Positions 25,441 to 38,362 of a stretch of DNA of 64,000 nucleotides are shown here, piece by piece (position 1 is the stretch's first letter; the number at the start of each line of letters is the position of its first letter). A program made the position numbers and the translations under genes. Under the pieces are notes generated by a model. It searched no databases and was not told where the DNA came from. It saw nothing but the letters and a program-made list of their open reading frames with translations. This DNA comes from Trypethelium eluteriae (lineage: Eukaryota), in NCBI GenBank assembly GCA_051942245.1, contig JAVECL010000012.1, forward strand, positions 1 to 64,000. Reading direction: 5' to 3'.

Positions 25441-26503
25441 TTACCTATCCTGAACTTCAGTCTGTACATTGTGCATAACTTGTTGTAGCGCAGTACAGGC
25501 GGGACTATCCGGGAACCCATCAAAAAAACTTTCACCGAAATCGCAGCTCATTCCTATGCGGGGATCCAGTGGTACAGCACCGAGATACGGGATACCAACA
25601 TCTTTTGCGAGCTTGTGGGCGCCACCGGTAGATGCTTTGAAAATTTGACTCTCCTTAGTACATTTCGGACACACGAACCCGGACATGTTCTCAACGATCC
25701 CTAGGACCTTGATTCCCGCCTTCTTGCAGAAGTCAATTTCCTTCCGAACATCCAGTAGAGCTATTTCTTGCGGTGTTGTGACGACGACTGCACCATCAAC
25801 ACCAGATTCTTTGAGAAGTGCGTTGACGGAGAGATGTTCGTCACTTGTGCCTGGCGGCGTATCGACGAAAAGGTAATCGAGCTCGCCCCATTCTACATCC
25901 TTCAAAAACTGTTTGATAAGCCCATTTTTTTTGGGCCCTCGCCAGATGACTGCATCATCCCTATTAGGCAACATGAACTGTACACTCATGACGCCTAAGT
26001 TTTCCGTGACCCACACTGGCTCCCAGCCTTGACCAGAAACATGTATCGTCTCTTGCTCAACACCCATCATCTTCGGAATACTTGGCCCGCAGATATCAGT
26101 ATCCATGACGCCAACCAGGGTATCTGGTCCGGTAGCGAAAGCATGGGCAAGCATCGATGTGAATGTTGATTTACCAACACCTCCTTTCCCAGACAGGATG
26201 AGAATTTTGTGTTTGACGCCGGATAGCTTAGAAGTTATGACTGGGATATCCGGATCTGGTCCCTTCGGTGCCGTAGCACATATCTGCTGATTTGGGCACC
26301 CAGCACATGCATCACCTTTGCCTGCAAGCTGCGATTCCGGACCCGGACAATGTTCTAGGGAGTATTGCAATCAGCATAGATTTTTCCATCTCAACCGTTT
26401 TGCACCGGTGCAACGTACCGGGCTCATGTGCAACCAGCTTGGGAGCGGATTTTAAAGCCGCCGACAGCTCCACCTCATTCGGCTCTTCTAGAGAGGGAGC
26501 CAT
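25441..26503 (-). CDS. NBP35: Cytosolic Fe-S cluster assembly scaffold Nbp35; intron 26355-26418
   Basis: N-terminal Cys cluster [53 protein letters not shown]. Confidence 0.97.
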
Positions 26504-28664
26504 AGCGAACACAGGTCAAAGTAGGGGAGTATCGAGGTAACAAGGAAGATGGTATTCGATGATTAGCAATGCTCTCATAGGGCTGAAGGCGGTTTTCGGG
26601 AGCGGAATATTCCGTATCTACCGCGGCACCGCAGAGCAAGTGCGAGGTGTGGCGTCATCGTACCTACGCCGGAATTGTCTGATTGCGGAAAGATCGCGGG
26701 ACTTCTGTTAGCTCCCTGGTCCCCTGCCCTCTTCGGGTCAGCTCCGCTGCTCCAGAGGGTGGTGGCGGTGCTGTACAGATTTGAGCCACCAAACACACTC
26801 TTGGGCAATGCACATGGCTCCATCGTCGTAGGCGTCCAAGTGCAACGCAAGGGTGCCTGCACTTGCGATCGAGTTTCAAGGAGAATATCATCTCATATTA
26901 TCCTTGTTCTCTCCGTAGTCCTTCCTTGACTGAAATTTCATCACTACAAGGTGTTCGCTCATTACCAGACACCTGCTTTTGGTTGTTTGTTCGGTGGAGA
27001 CGAACTGTTGTCTGCCCTCTACAATAGTTGCTCATCTCGCAATGTATGTCTTCAATAACAATGCATCTACTTCATTTCATTGCTCGATTCGTGCAATACT
27101 TAAGGAAATCAAGATAGAAACCGATTCTGGTCTAAGCATCGGCGGAGAAGAAAATGGTTCTTGCAAAGGCGAGAAGATTGCTATTTATGAGATTCCTACT
27201 AACACCGCTTCTGGTGATTACGATGTGTTAGATGCGTGCTCATCAACGCAGCTCTAGGCCCATATAGAGAGGGTGCTTACCTCACCTTCGATGGACGCGT
27301 GATTCTGCAACCTCAACTTCCGTCCTGTTGAGCATGCTGAACTTAGAACCCGATAATAACCTTTCCTCAAAGCTACTGCAGCTTGACGATCATTATGTAA
27401 AGCTCCAACTCCAACTTAAGCACATGCAGAACCCCCCTGGCAGGTTTAAAGATGTTCGAGGCCTGGGAGAACCAAAATGTCATCTCAGTGGCATAGCCTT
27501 CACTGAACGTTGGGGACTCTCTCAATATGTCAGACCTGCATCGCTCGCAATTGCTCTAGCCCAGTATGTGCATAGTACAGCGAGACGTAATTGTGGCTTT
27601 GGTATATGGTGGAGAGAAGATGTTGGCTGGAGAGACTCTACAGCTTGAGATCACCTTACAAACAGCTTTAATAAAGCATACATCAAATATGCCAATAGAT
27701 AATGGCAACGGAAGGGGTCTGATCTTTGTGAAGAAGCTCAAGGTCACCGCCTTCATAGTAAAATGGTACAGCAACGGGCTTTCCGTGATGGAACACTAAT
27801 CACTGCGGCTTTTCGACAGTATAGTGCCTAAAAGTGGTATCAACTGCAGGCTGGCCGGCTATCAAACTAATTGCCTCAGGATATCGGACTACGAAACAGT
27901 CATTTCGTCAGGAATAAGGAGATAATCGCAATGTACTGGATCGTAGTGTCCTTCTGGCCGCCTTGCATCCTCCTGGTAAGAGTTGGCGACATTGCGATTC
28001 ATTCCAAACTTCTCTCTTTTAGCTCTGGTCTTGGCAGGCTCCCTCTGCCATGAAACTATGTATCGAGGATAGGGAAAGCCGCTATGGAATCGATGCACAT
28101 GGACAGTTTTTTGGCTCTGGGAGGTTTAATGGGAGTACTGCTGATAGATTGAAATTTGGTATCGCCATCTGACGGCATCCCGGAGATGACTATGATTGTT
28201 ATGAGGCCAATCGCGAGGTGGAATGGTCCATTTGCGCAGATTTATCCCCAGGGCTACCTATCATACTACTGATGATCTCATGCTGGCAAGAAAAATAGTC
28301 CTGGCAAAGATAGGAATTCCATCCGGAAGACAGTGTGTTCTAGAACGCGCTCAACATCATTCTGGACCTCAAAGCGTAAATGATCTGCCGCAGAGTTGGA
28401 TCTGTTCTTTCACAGCACATTGAATAATATTGGATAGATTGAGAGAACTGGGAAAATCTTACCTCGAGATGGTGAGGATTCAACCAAGTGCTGATGGTAT
28501 GATAGGCGAGCAGATGCACCACATGACCGGCTACCAGGCCGACATAGGGGATGTCACCTGGAGCCAGAGTTCTTTTCTGAGTGCTGTGAATGTTTCGAAA
28601 GCCGTTTGACAGGTTTTTGACTGAAATGCACTAGCTATGGTATCATGAGCCACAACCTGTACAA

Positions 28665-30787
28665 TTACACATCCATTCCCCAAATCTCGCTCCAAGCATT
28701 ATGCTCCAGGCTCACTGGACCCTTGAGCCTGCCAATACGCGGTGCTCTCGTTCCTGGCTCTGGTAGGGTGATCCATTCCCTCACACAATCCGGTACCTCC
28801 TCCTTAAGATGGCTTACCACAAGTAAAGCTTGGTTAGCCCGCAAGCCCGGAACTTGCACGAGGCCCAGCTGCGATTGCAAGCTCGGAACAAATCGTGCCT
28901 CAGCAGATCTCGCTTCTGGTGTCCATAAGACTGAGCGTTCACCATAGCTAAGGAAGTGAGCGCACTTCTCCCTGGCGCTTTCATCCATTCCACTCAGCGC
29001 TTCGTCAAGAATAACGATCTCGGGGTTTCGGATGATAGCGCGAAGAAAAAGAACAACGCGTTGAGCTGAAAAGGCCAGTTCGCCGAATTTCACTTTGCTT
29101 GCCCATGAAAGTGACCCGCATTTCATGATCTCCCCGTCATATCTACTGCGTAGCCCTGAAATTGACGATAACTCACCATTAGAAATGGAGAAGTCCAATT
29201 TGGGGGCCTCAGGATATAATTCAGTCTGGAACCAGCGGAGGCATGCATTGACCTTCTCTCTTCCTTCGTCGGTGAGCTTTGTGGGCTTGCTTAGTGGTGC
29301 ATCAGCCCACGCACTTTCCATAGCTCGTCTGACGGAGAGACTTCGCGGGAAGTAAGTGTGTACCTCAGGCGAAGAATGGCCAATGCGAGATTGAATATCA
29401 AAGATCGATATGCCTGGATTGCCTCGTGAAGGTAAACGAGAGCGCTGGAAGAGTCGCATGGGGACCGAATATGTCTGAGGATGATCAGATGTAATGAGGG
29501 ATAGGAGAGTAGTTTTCCCTGACCCTATATGGCTTGTTAGTTCGGGATAGGCCACGCCAGGGGAAAGAAGAACTACCATTTGAGCCAAAAACACCCCATC
29601 TTTGACCTTTCCGTACGGTCCACCAGAGACCCTCTTGCTGTTTGCCCTCTGATCCCTGCTGCCAGCCTCCGAGAACACAACGGCTGCCGTACTTCACTTG
29701 GACACCTAGCATTTCGATCACCGGAATGCCACTAGCCTCGCTCGGCAATTTCTCAAGACTCTGTGCTCGTTGGCTTATGGCATTATCAGTGGTGATAGAC
29801 TTGTTCAGTAATCGAATATGAGAGTTGTCGGCCTTAGCAAGTACATCGCTCTTTGAGCCTTGTGCAGAAATTTTGAAATCTTCATTCACGCAAATAAGAT
29901 GAGTCAACCAATCCGGAACGATATCCTGCGGCCTGAGAGAAAGCAAAATTCGCGGGTTACAAGCTTCAGCAAGCTGGTTCAAGAGGGATGATAACAACTT
30001 GCTTGTTGGTGGATCGAGTCCCACTGGGCCTGCATGTCAGTTATCCTCCAGTATTGGGTACGGGGACGAAAACTGGCATACTGAAGGGTCCGTCTAATAG
30101 CAGGAGTACTGGCTTGTTCATGAGACTTTTGGCAATCTTTGCCCTTCTCGTCTGGCCATTGCTCAAGTTGCTCACAGGCATGTCTAATAGTCCTTCTAGT
30201 TTCAAATCGTTCAACACCCTAGCCAGTAGGTCGTCGTCAGTGTTGACATTCAAGTTTTCGTCAGGATTCAACTCTGTATTGCCCTTTAGGAAGTCCAGTA
30301 ACGAGAAATCCATCTCTTCCTTCCGTGCTTCATAACGAGCGCTTAAATAGGCTCCGCGCATTGTGCTTCCACCAAGTCCTCCCCGTTCCGCATCGAAACC
30401 CACATATTGGATTGCCTTGGTCGGGTTACGTAAGTGTGGGTTTTCAGATTGAATCTTGTGTGTTGAAAGGTACGGATACGTTCGAGCGGTTGGCGGAAGG
30501 CAAATATATTTGGACCGTAAAACCTCAAGAAACGCTGTGCGTGCGCTAGCAGAAGAGCCCAAGACAGCCCAATGCTCTTTCGGATTTGCAAACGATGGTA
30601 GGCTAAAATTCAGTCCAGGAAAGAGTGCGGAACACCCTGTATTCGACGTAGACGAGGGCGAGGGATGATCGCGGTAAAAGGTCGCTCCAAAGATATCTAT
30701 CAGCGCCGGCTTTTGCTCTTCACGGAAGACAGTGCCAGACCGAGCTGTTCTTCTTGCCTGAAGTGCTTGGCGGCTCATTGACCGCAT
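28665..30787 (-). CDS. Soluble two-domain ABC ATPase, ModF/YDR061W-like; introns 30024-30081 and 29525-29576
   Basis: Domain 1 LSNGQTRRAKIA, LLLLDGPFMGLD with degenerate Walker A; domain 2 GSNGSGKTT, ILDEALSGMD, VVSH; no transmembrane segments. Confidence 0.9.
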
Positions 30788-32655
30788 CTCCACACTGTAG
30801 GTTGTTCATCTGTTGCGAGCTGCGGGTGAGATGAGTATTGCAAGATGAGATGGGGAGTGGGTAACACGAGGACGAAAAGTCAGCGAGAATGGTCCAGATG
30901 CCAATCGTTGAATAAGAATTGCCATGGGCAGAGAGCGCCGACTTTTCCTGTCGCGTGTGGTCGGAGTTGCGTAGAAGCAGCGAAGCTATATCGTGTTCTC
31001 CCATCATAGAAGCGGCTACTCAGACTGAATTGTGGAAGTAAACAACAATGACGTAATATCAACAAGGATCAGGGCGTTTGGGTTGAAACTTTGCCGAAGG
31101 TACGGAGTACTGAGGTAAAAGTATCTTGTTTGTAATGCTTTTGCCTTCACTCAAACAGACGCTCTTCGTGCAAACCGGAATCTCACATAGACATCTCAAA
31201 TTCCACCAGCATTTCATGATGCGACACCATTGGGATTGTTCTTCAATTGCCTGGTATTACGATCGAGAGACTCTACGATGTGCTGCCCACCAAAGCTAGT
31301 CCACTTCGTGCAAATAGTCGTCCATGATCGATTACACTGCTCTCCCATCAGATTCGTGATCAACTTTACCTTCAATCTCTTGACCTGGCGGCTTCCGACG
31401 GCCTCACTCGAAGTCATTACGGACATGGTCTATCTATCAGGGCTGAATCTCGTAGTTCATGCCATTCCCGCTTCGACCTCGCCATTTTCACTTTCTTTCA
31501 GCTGTCTCTTCAGAATTCGAGGAAAAGACGGGAAACTAAGTGTACCATGTTCAAAACATCTCCTCATCATACTTAGTGCAAAGCTCAATAGCTTTATCCT
31601 CCTGGCATAGCATTGTAATGGCCTGCTTTGTACGAACTCATGATGACACATCGTACGAAACCCAGACCTCCTGCACAAACCTTAGTAAGGACTTTCGTCT
31701 CTTGGCACTCATTTCACCTCCGCCAAGGCTTTAATGAATGTGGCAGTTGCCTTCTGACATACACGCGTGCCAAAACCATAAGCCAACGGTGTTGACAATA
31801 CCTTTGAGATTTAGCGGTTCTCTGGACCTACTTCACGTAAAATCATTCGTCCTTGAACTCGGAATGATCATCCAGGCATTATGATAGGCACCACTTCGCA
31901 GGATCGTCGTAATGTACAAAGCTACAAAGAGCATTACAAGAACTGAGCGCTAAAGGGCAGCAACCAAGGATACGGTGAACTCTTCAATTTTGGGGAATAC
32001 CGTTAGGACCATCGCTAAAGCCGCCTTTCGCTTCACGTAGAACAATGGCTCGCCGATTTGTTCATACTCGACCGGTAATCTCAGCATCTAGCAGGTTGCC
32101 TTGCTGAAAGGATACGGAAGTTTTCCCTATCCTTGCTGTTGCGAGTGAGTCGCTGTCCTAGACATCTTCACTGGAACGGGATGCTTCGAGCCCTTTATTT
32201 TGAAATGTCGGCAGTGGCTGTTAGCATGACCTTGTTTATTTCTTGACCAAAGACTTGGATTCTGCAACTAACATTCAAATTTGAAAAACAACTACCATAC
32301 GCACGGCGAAGCCTTCCGCATCCAGTCGTCGAAAGAGGCCTTCTTCACTACGTTGATGCACAGTGAACGGTCTTGGCTCCCGTATCTTATCATAGAATTT
32401 ACACGGGTCATCGAAGCTTCCTCAACTCGGGGAAAGAAGGTTCCATCTCGGGTAGGTAGTTTGGGTCAGCACTGCCGCCCATTTTCAACTGCGAGGTAGC
32501 GTCGATTCTCTGGCTTATCAAGATCATCACCGAAGTTTTGACGTGAACTATCAAGAGGTTTCTCTGTTCCGACTATCACCGCAATTTATGACACGCTGAT
32601 TAAATTTGCATCACTCATATTATCATATTCCTCATACTAGCATCATCCTCGCTCG

Positions 32656-34413
32656 ATGCCTCGCCTAAATCGGCCACAAAGCGGTACAAATCAAGGCAGG
32701 ACCACTCTCAGCCCACAAGCAAACGAAATGGTAGCAATTACAGATGATCACGACCATGACACTTCAGCTCCCGGAAGCTCTTCTACGGCGGCACCTAAAC
32801 CTGAGGATCACGAGAAATCCCTAACCCGTGCTGAGGCGTTTGAAGGAATCCGCACCGCAATCAATGAAGAATATAGCCTTATGGAGCGTTGTGAGGAAAT
32901 GGAGAAAGAGGCTAAGTCACGAGTCTCGGAAGAGGATACTTCTTCACTCGAAAGAGACGTTATGTTAAAGAAAGAGCTGGCACGGGTCTTCTCCCACATC
33001 GAGCAAGTTCAGAAGTTAGGTAACCTGGTTGGCCTTGCCCGCTTTGGGGTCACGCCGTATTATTATGGGAATCATTTGAAGCCAGTGATGGACCGAGTGA
33101 AGCAGGGGCTCGCGGAACTGGAAGCACGTAAAGAGCACGTAGAATTCGAGTTGGAGAAGCAAGTGCAAGACACAAGGAGAAGGCCGAGTACGCCAGGCAC
33201 ACGAGAGGACTTTGATTTAATGAGACATGTCAAAGAGCCAATTCCGCAAATGAGGGACGAACCCCCAAATGGGTCACCATTGACTGGCAGAAGGTCTCAA
33301 TCACCTAATGGCAGAGCTGAGGTATGTAGCAAAAGAACGTAAATGATGAAGGTGCAGCCCAGATTTATTCTGCACTTTCATTTCATCGAGCTTATCGTAC
33401 TGACCGACGGATTTTAGGAAACTGATAAGATGTACTGGCTACCGGAAAACCAATTCAATAAGTTCATAGACAGCGATCGACTCATACGTGGATTCGAAGA
33501 ACAGGCAAACGAGGGATTGAGGCTTGCAAATGAACTGCAGGCTCGGTGTTTACAGCTCGAGCAGGAAAATGATGACTTGAAAGCCAAAAGAAAGCATCAT
33601 GGTGCGGAAACAGATCCTGATCGACTCGTGGAACTGGTGACTCTTCTACTGAACCAGTTTATCAGAGCACTTTCGACGTCGCCTACTTTGGATACCACGT
33701 CACGCCGACAGAGGGCCATCATAAGGCGGCTGAAAGAACTCACGGGTATCTTTTATCCTGGTCAGGACCTGGATGACCTTGTACAGTTTGGACAGTTTTA
33801 CGTTCACTGCCTATCGCCTCCTTCAAGTCCGGAGCCTCCATTCACCACATTACAAGAGGTCGGTGCTCAGGAGGACATTGGAGACGGGAAGAGGAGTCGT
33901 AGCGGACAAGAAAGAAAGGACTTCGGGATCGAAAATGAGCTCGGGATCATGTCAGGCATGTCGAAGAAAGAGGGCAAACGTGCAATACGTGACTCGGATA
34001 TGGAGGATGATGGCCCATCCGCTAGCCGTGCTCGCAACCAACACTCGTCGACACCAATAGATTCGACGTATATGTCAGAAAACGACAGCCAGATTGATAT
34101 GGAAGGCAAATTCTTTGTGCTGAGGGGTGCGCAGCTGGAGCATGAGGCTACTACACCTGACGCGGACGAGACGGCAAACATACCGAATCGTGTGTCAGAG
34201 CCTGCAAAGACGCCGCGTCAGAACGGAGCGAAGCGGAATCATGAGTCTGGAAAATTTGAGTCTGAGTCACAAGAGCGGGACGCCCGTGGCTCCCTGGATA
34301 ATTTGAAACGTACTGCTGACAAGATGGGCCAAAGAGTTGGGGGAGGCGAGATGAACACAGCAAGGCACGACAGATCAAGGTCTTGCTCTCCTATGAAGAG
34401 AGCCTGCAAGTGA
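32656..34413 (+). CDS. Orphan hypothetical protein with coiled coils and disordered termini; intron 33322-33417
   Basis: Two long ORFs (228 and 327 aa) joined in frame by a GTATGT..CTGAC..TTTAG intron. Confidence 0.75.
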
Positions 34414-34464
34414 AGTGCATAGAAATGAGAAAGAGTCATTATCCGTATTGTGTCTTGGGTATTC

Positions 34465-35631
34465 TTATACCATTGGCTTCAGTATGATATTATCAATCAA
34501 TCGTACAGGCTGTGCTCCTTTGCCTAGCCCACAATCTTCCTCTCCTCGTGGTTCTTCAAGTGACTGCATCTTGATCGCACCGCTCAGTATTCCGCCCCTA
34601 GCAGGGTTTACCTCATCAAGTTCCTCCAGTGTATCTGGGTGTGCCAAAGAGATGTAATCGACTTCATACAGCGCCCTGTTCGGTGCTGGCAGCTCCTCCT
34701 GTCGTAATCTCAAGCTTGTCATGATCTCGTTTGCGGGCCAAAGAATCTCGTCACGTTTCAATTTTCCCATTTTGTACTGCTGCTCTGCTAGACTCAGAGC
34801 CAAGAAGAGAACGGTGCCAACTTTTCGTCTTCTTGCCCCTAGGTAGATATTTCTAGAACTCATGGCAAGACCATCAAGTTCGCGTTGCGTTGTGCCAATA
34901 TTGACTTTTGTATTCAGATGAAAGTCTTTTACCATTCGGCGAATGACGACAGTCTGTTGAATATCTTTTTGTCCAAAATAGACGTTTTCAGGCTGGACAA
35001 TATTGAACAACTTCATGCACACGGTGGTGACACCCCTAAAGAAGACTGGTCGCGAGGACCCCTCAAGGAGCTTTCCGAGGGGAGAAATCGTTACAAAAGA
35101 ACCGTCCCCATTAAGCTCGGAGGATGGGGGTGTTGTCGGATACATGACTTTCGTGGTCGGAGCGAACACGGCACTGACACGCCCTGACCCCAGACTGGAC
35201 GCGAGTTCCTGGTTAACAGATTCCAATTGTTTTATATCTGTATCCCACGTCCTTGGATAGCTGTCCAGGTCCTCGTTCACCCCGAATTGAGTTGGATTTA
35301 CAAAGATACTAACGAAGACGTCCTCATTTTCAGCCGCAGCTTGACGTATGAGTGAAAGATGGCCTTCATGTAGAGCCCCCATGGTAGGCACAAAGCCTAC
35401 TTTACGGTTGGACAGGAGAAGCTTGTGGCGGTACTCACGTAGCTCAGGGACTTGGCGAATGACGCGCATGGTAGAGTACGATTGACTGGGCGGGAATCTA
35501 ACGTGCTGCCGAATGCATCTCGCTGATGTCGCTGGTGTCGCTGATATCGCTATTGGACTTTAGCTTGTATCAGACAAGTTAGTGACAGCTAGATATCTAC
35601 CTCTGGCCAGAGTGAATAGGCTGCTAGCCAT
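34465..35631 (-). CDS. PAN6: Pantoate--beta-alanine ligase; upstream exon plus intron 35550-35600 adds an N-terminal presequence; internal ATG at 35469
   Basis: GFVPTMGALHEGH, SIFVNPTQF, YFGQKD, GLAMSSRN, RLIDN. Confidence 0.96.
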
Positions 35632-35953
35632 GGTCGCCAACGACCAGAGGAGGACCCTTCCCGCAAGCACAACCAGAACCTAGTATGGGACTCTCAACCG
35701 CCAGCTCGTGTCCGATAAGCACGGTCATACGGGACACAGAGGGGTCCATTGTGAGAAAAAGAGGATGCTTTACTCTACGCAGCAGATTCAGTCCTGGGGG
35801 AACGGGGGGAAGTTGATGACTGCGGCCGTCGCCCACCGAGCTCCGACAATTTTTCATCCTTCCGAAAAAAACTAACCACGGCGCCACACTACTCCCCCAC
35901 CCCTTCTCACCATTGCCGACCACAACCTGCGCTGCAGGATACTGCGTCTAGGA

Positions 35954-38332
35954 ATGGCTGATGATGGATTACTACTTAACTTCTCGGTTGGCGATGCGCC
36001 ACTGACCGCAAAGTCCAGCTTCACCGGTGGTCACTGGAGAGATAAGCTAATAGCCAAGAGAGTAGCTTCTGGACGGCAAAGGAAACAAGCTAACCGATCG
36101 ACACGTGGAACTGAGGCTCAAGAAACTTTGTTGCGTGGTGCTGCATCGAACCATCCTCTGAGCGATATCAGTGACAGACCATACAAGAGGCCGCGGGTTG
36201 AAACTACGCCGTTCATAGACAGGGTCACCGATGGCACTCAAAGGAGCACTGAAGAAAAGCACAGTAGTAGTAATAAGAAGAAGGTTGATGAGTCAAATCA
36301 ATTCGTTTCCTCGCTATTTACGTCCAATCCAAAGCCACAAACACTGGCCAACGATGAGCCCGAGATATTAGATCAGGGGCCGATTGATCCTTCCAATGCA
36401 CCCTTGACAAGTGAGCTGGTAAATTTTACATCTCTGGGCCTGTCACCTTCTCTGGCGGGTCATCTCTTGAACAAACTCGAAATCAAATCGCCTACCGCGA
36501 TTCAGAAGAAGGCGTTGACACAGTTGATGAATGCAAATACGGATGCTCTCCTCCAAGCAGAGACTGGGTCCGGGAAGACATTGGCCTATCTCTTGCCTAT
36601 CGTGCAACATTTGATGAGCCTAGCAACGCCGGGGCAGACCGAGGCATCAGGACGAAATGTAACAAGGATTCAGCGAGATTCCGGCTTATTTGCACTGATC
36701 CTGGCCCCAACACGCGAGTTATGTAAACAGATTTCAATCGTACTCGAAGGCTTGCTACGATGCGCCCACTGGATAGTTGCAGGAACTGTCGCTGGCGGTG
36801 AGAATAAGAAAAGTGAAAAGGCGAGATTGCGGAAAGGCTTAAATGTCTTAGTTGCTACCCCAGGCCGGCTGACAGACCATCTGGCAAACACAAAGGTACT
36901 CGATGTCAGCCGAGTGAGGTGGCTAGTTCTGGACGAGGGCGATCGGCTTATGGAGCTTGGATTTGAGCAAGACATCCAGAGAATCATATCCAATTTGAAT
37001 TTGCAGTCACAGAAGGTACACGGAACAGAAATCGCCGGGCTGCCCAGGAAAAGGACGACGATACTTTGTTCTGCCACAATGAAGATGGAAGTGGAGCAAC
37101 TAAGAGACGTCAGTCTGAAAGATCCTGCTCACATTCGTGCTGAGGGAAAACAAGAAGACACACAGGGCGAAGGTCAGATGCAAGAGGTAAACTCCTTTTC
37201 AGCACCTGCGCAACTCAAACAATCATATGCTATTGTCCCGGCCAAAATGCGCCTAGTTTCGCTTGTTGCCGTGCTCAGGCGAGCTTTTGCACGTAAAGGC
37301 ACTGTTGCGAAAGCCATCGTGTTTCTCTCATGTGCCGACTCAGTCAATTTCCACTTTGATCTTCTTGCGCGAGATCAAGATGGGACCGAGAGCAATAAAC
37401 TCCAAAGTGACCCAGAAAGACAAGTTGAGTCTCGAGAACTATCTAAACCTTCCGAAGCTCAGACATCTGCCTCTTCACCGACCCTATCTGGGCCAGAGAA
37501 TACTATACAAATTTTTCGGCTTCATGGATCCCTCCCTCAACCTCTTCGAACAAGTACACTGTCGGCCTACGCCAAGAGCACTCGATCCGCCGTACTCCTC
37601 TGCACGGACGTCGCTTCTCGCGGTCTTGACGTGGCGAATGTCGACTTGGTCATTGAATACGACCCTGCCTTTAGTAAAGAAGAGCATCTGCACCGTATCG
37701 GACGTACCGCTCGCGCCGGACGCGACGGGCGGGCTCTTGTATTCCTGATGCCTGGTGATGAAGAAAACTATACTCAAGTACTGAAGCAGGGGAGACGAGA
37801 TGCTGGGATTGGCATTGCTCGCCATGATGCCGATGAACTCCTGCAGAGGGGTTTTGGGACCATGACCAGGGCCCTGAATTCCAAGTCGCGGGAGTGGGAG
37901 GAGAGGGCGACGGAATGGCAGCTCAATGCTGAGAGGTGGGTTCAGGAGTCACTTAGGACTTTGGAACAAGCGAGACGGGCATTTCAGAGTCATGTAAGAG
38001 CGTATGCGACGCATGTTGCGGCAGAGAGGCAATATTTCAATGTCAAGGGCCTGCATTTGGGACATCTTGCAAAAGCATTCGCGCTGAGAGACAAACCAGG
38101 CTCGATCAAAGTGCCCGGGCTGAGGCCTGGAAAGGAAAATCTTGCGAAAGACCGGCTTGACAGGAAGGCACAGGCAGGCTCCTTGGCAGTCAACGGATTG
38201 AGAAAGGAGAATCGTGGCGGTACGAAGGCAGAAACCGACATCCCAAAGGCGACAGATGCTCAAGAGGCAGCGCGGAAAATGCGAGCCAAGATGAAGCAGA
38301 TGTCTGGCGCATCTGAATTCAACATTGGCTAA
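35954..38332 (+). CDS. DBP7: DEAD-box RNA helicase Dbp7 (60S biogenesis)
   Basis: MADDGLLLNF start, AETGSGKT, PTREL, DEGD variant, SAT, HRIGRTARAG, AFQSHVRAYATH, LHLGHLAKAFALR, SEFNIG end. Confidence 0.96.
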   Translation: MADDGLLLNFSVGDAPLTAKSSFTGGHWRDKLIAKRVASGRQRKQANRSTRGTEAQETLLRGAASNHPLSDISDRPYKRPRVETTPFIDRVTDGTQRSTEEKHSSSNKKKVDESNQFVSSLFTSNPKPQTLANDEPEILDQGPIDPSNAPLTSELVNFTSLGLSPSLAGHLLNKLEIKSPTAIQKKALTQLMNANTDALLQAETGSGKTLAYLLPIVQHLMSLATPGQTEASGRNVTRIQRDSGLFALILAPTRELCKQISIVLEGLLRCAHWIVAGTVAGGENKKSEKARLRKGLNVLVATPGRLTDHLANTKVLDVSRVRWLVLDEGDRLMELGFEQDIQRIISNLNLQSQKVHGTEIAGLPRKRTTILCSATMKMEVEQLRDVSLKDPAHIRAEGKQEDTQGEGQMQEVNSFSAPAQLKQSYAIVPAKMRLVSLVAVLRRAFARKGTVAKAIVFLSCADSVNFHFDLLARDQDGTESNKLQSDPERQVESRELSKPSEAQTSASSPTLSGPENTIQIFRLHGSLPQPLRTSTLSAYAKSTRSAVLLCTDVASRGLDVANVDLVIEYDPAFSKEEHLHRIGRTARAGRDGRALVFLMPGDEENYTQVLKQGRRDAGIGIARHDADELLQRGFGTMTRALNSKSREWEERATEWQLNAERWVQESLRTLEQARRAFQSHVRAYATHVAAERQYFNVKGLHLGHLAKAFALRDKPGSIKVPGLRPGKENLAKDRLDRKAQAGSLAVNGLRKENRGGTKAETDIPKATDAQEAARKMRAKMKQMSGASEFNIG

Positions 38333-38362
38333 ATTTTTACAGAGAAGTTCTACAGGGTAACC

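Noticed and set aside
26900..28600. Several 60-106 aa ORFs and splice-like signals between NBP35 and the ABC gene
   Set aside because: Could not assemble a consistent gene model or recognise transposon domains
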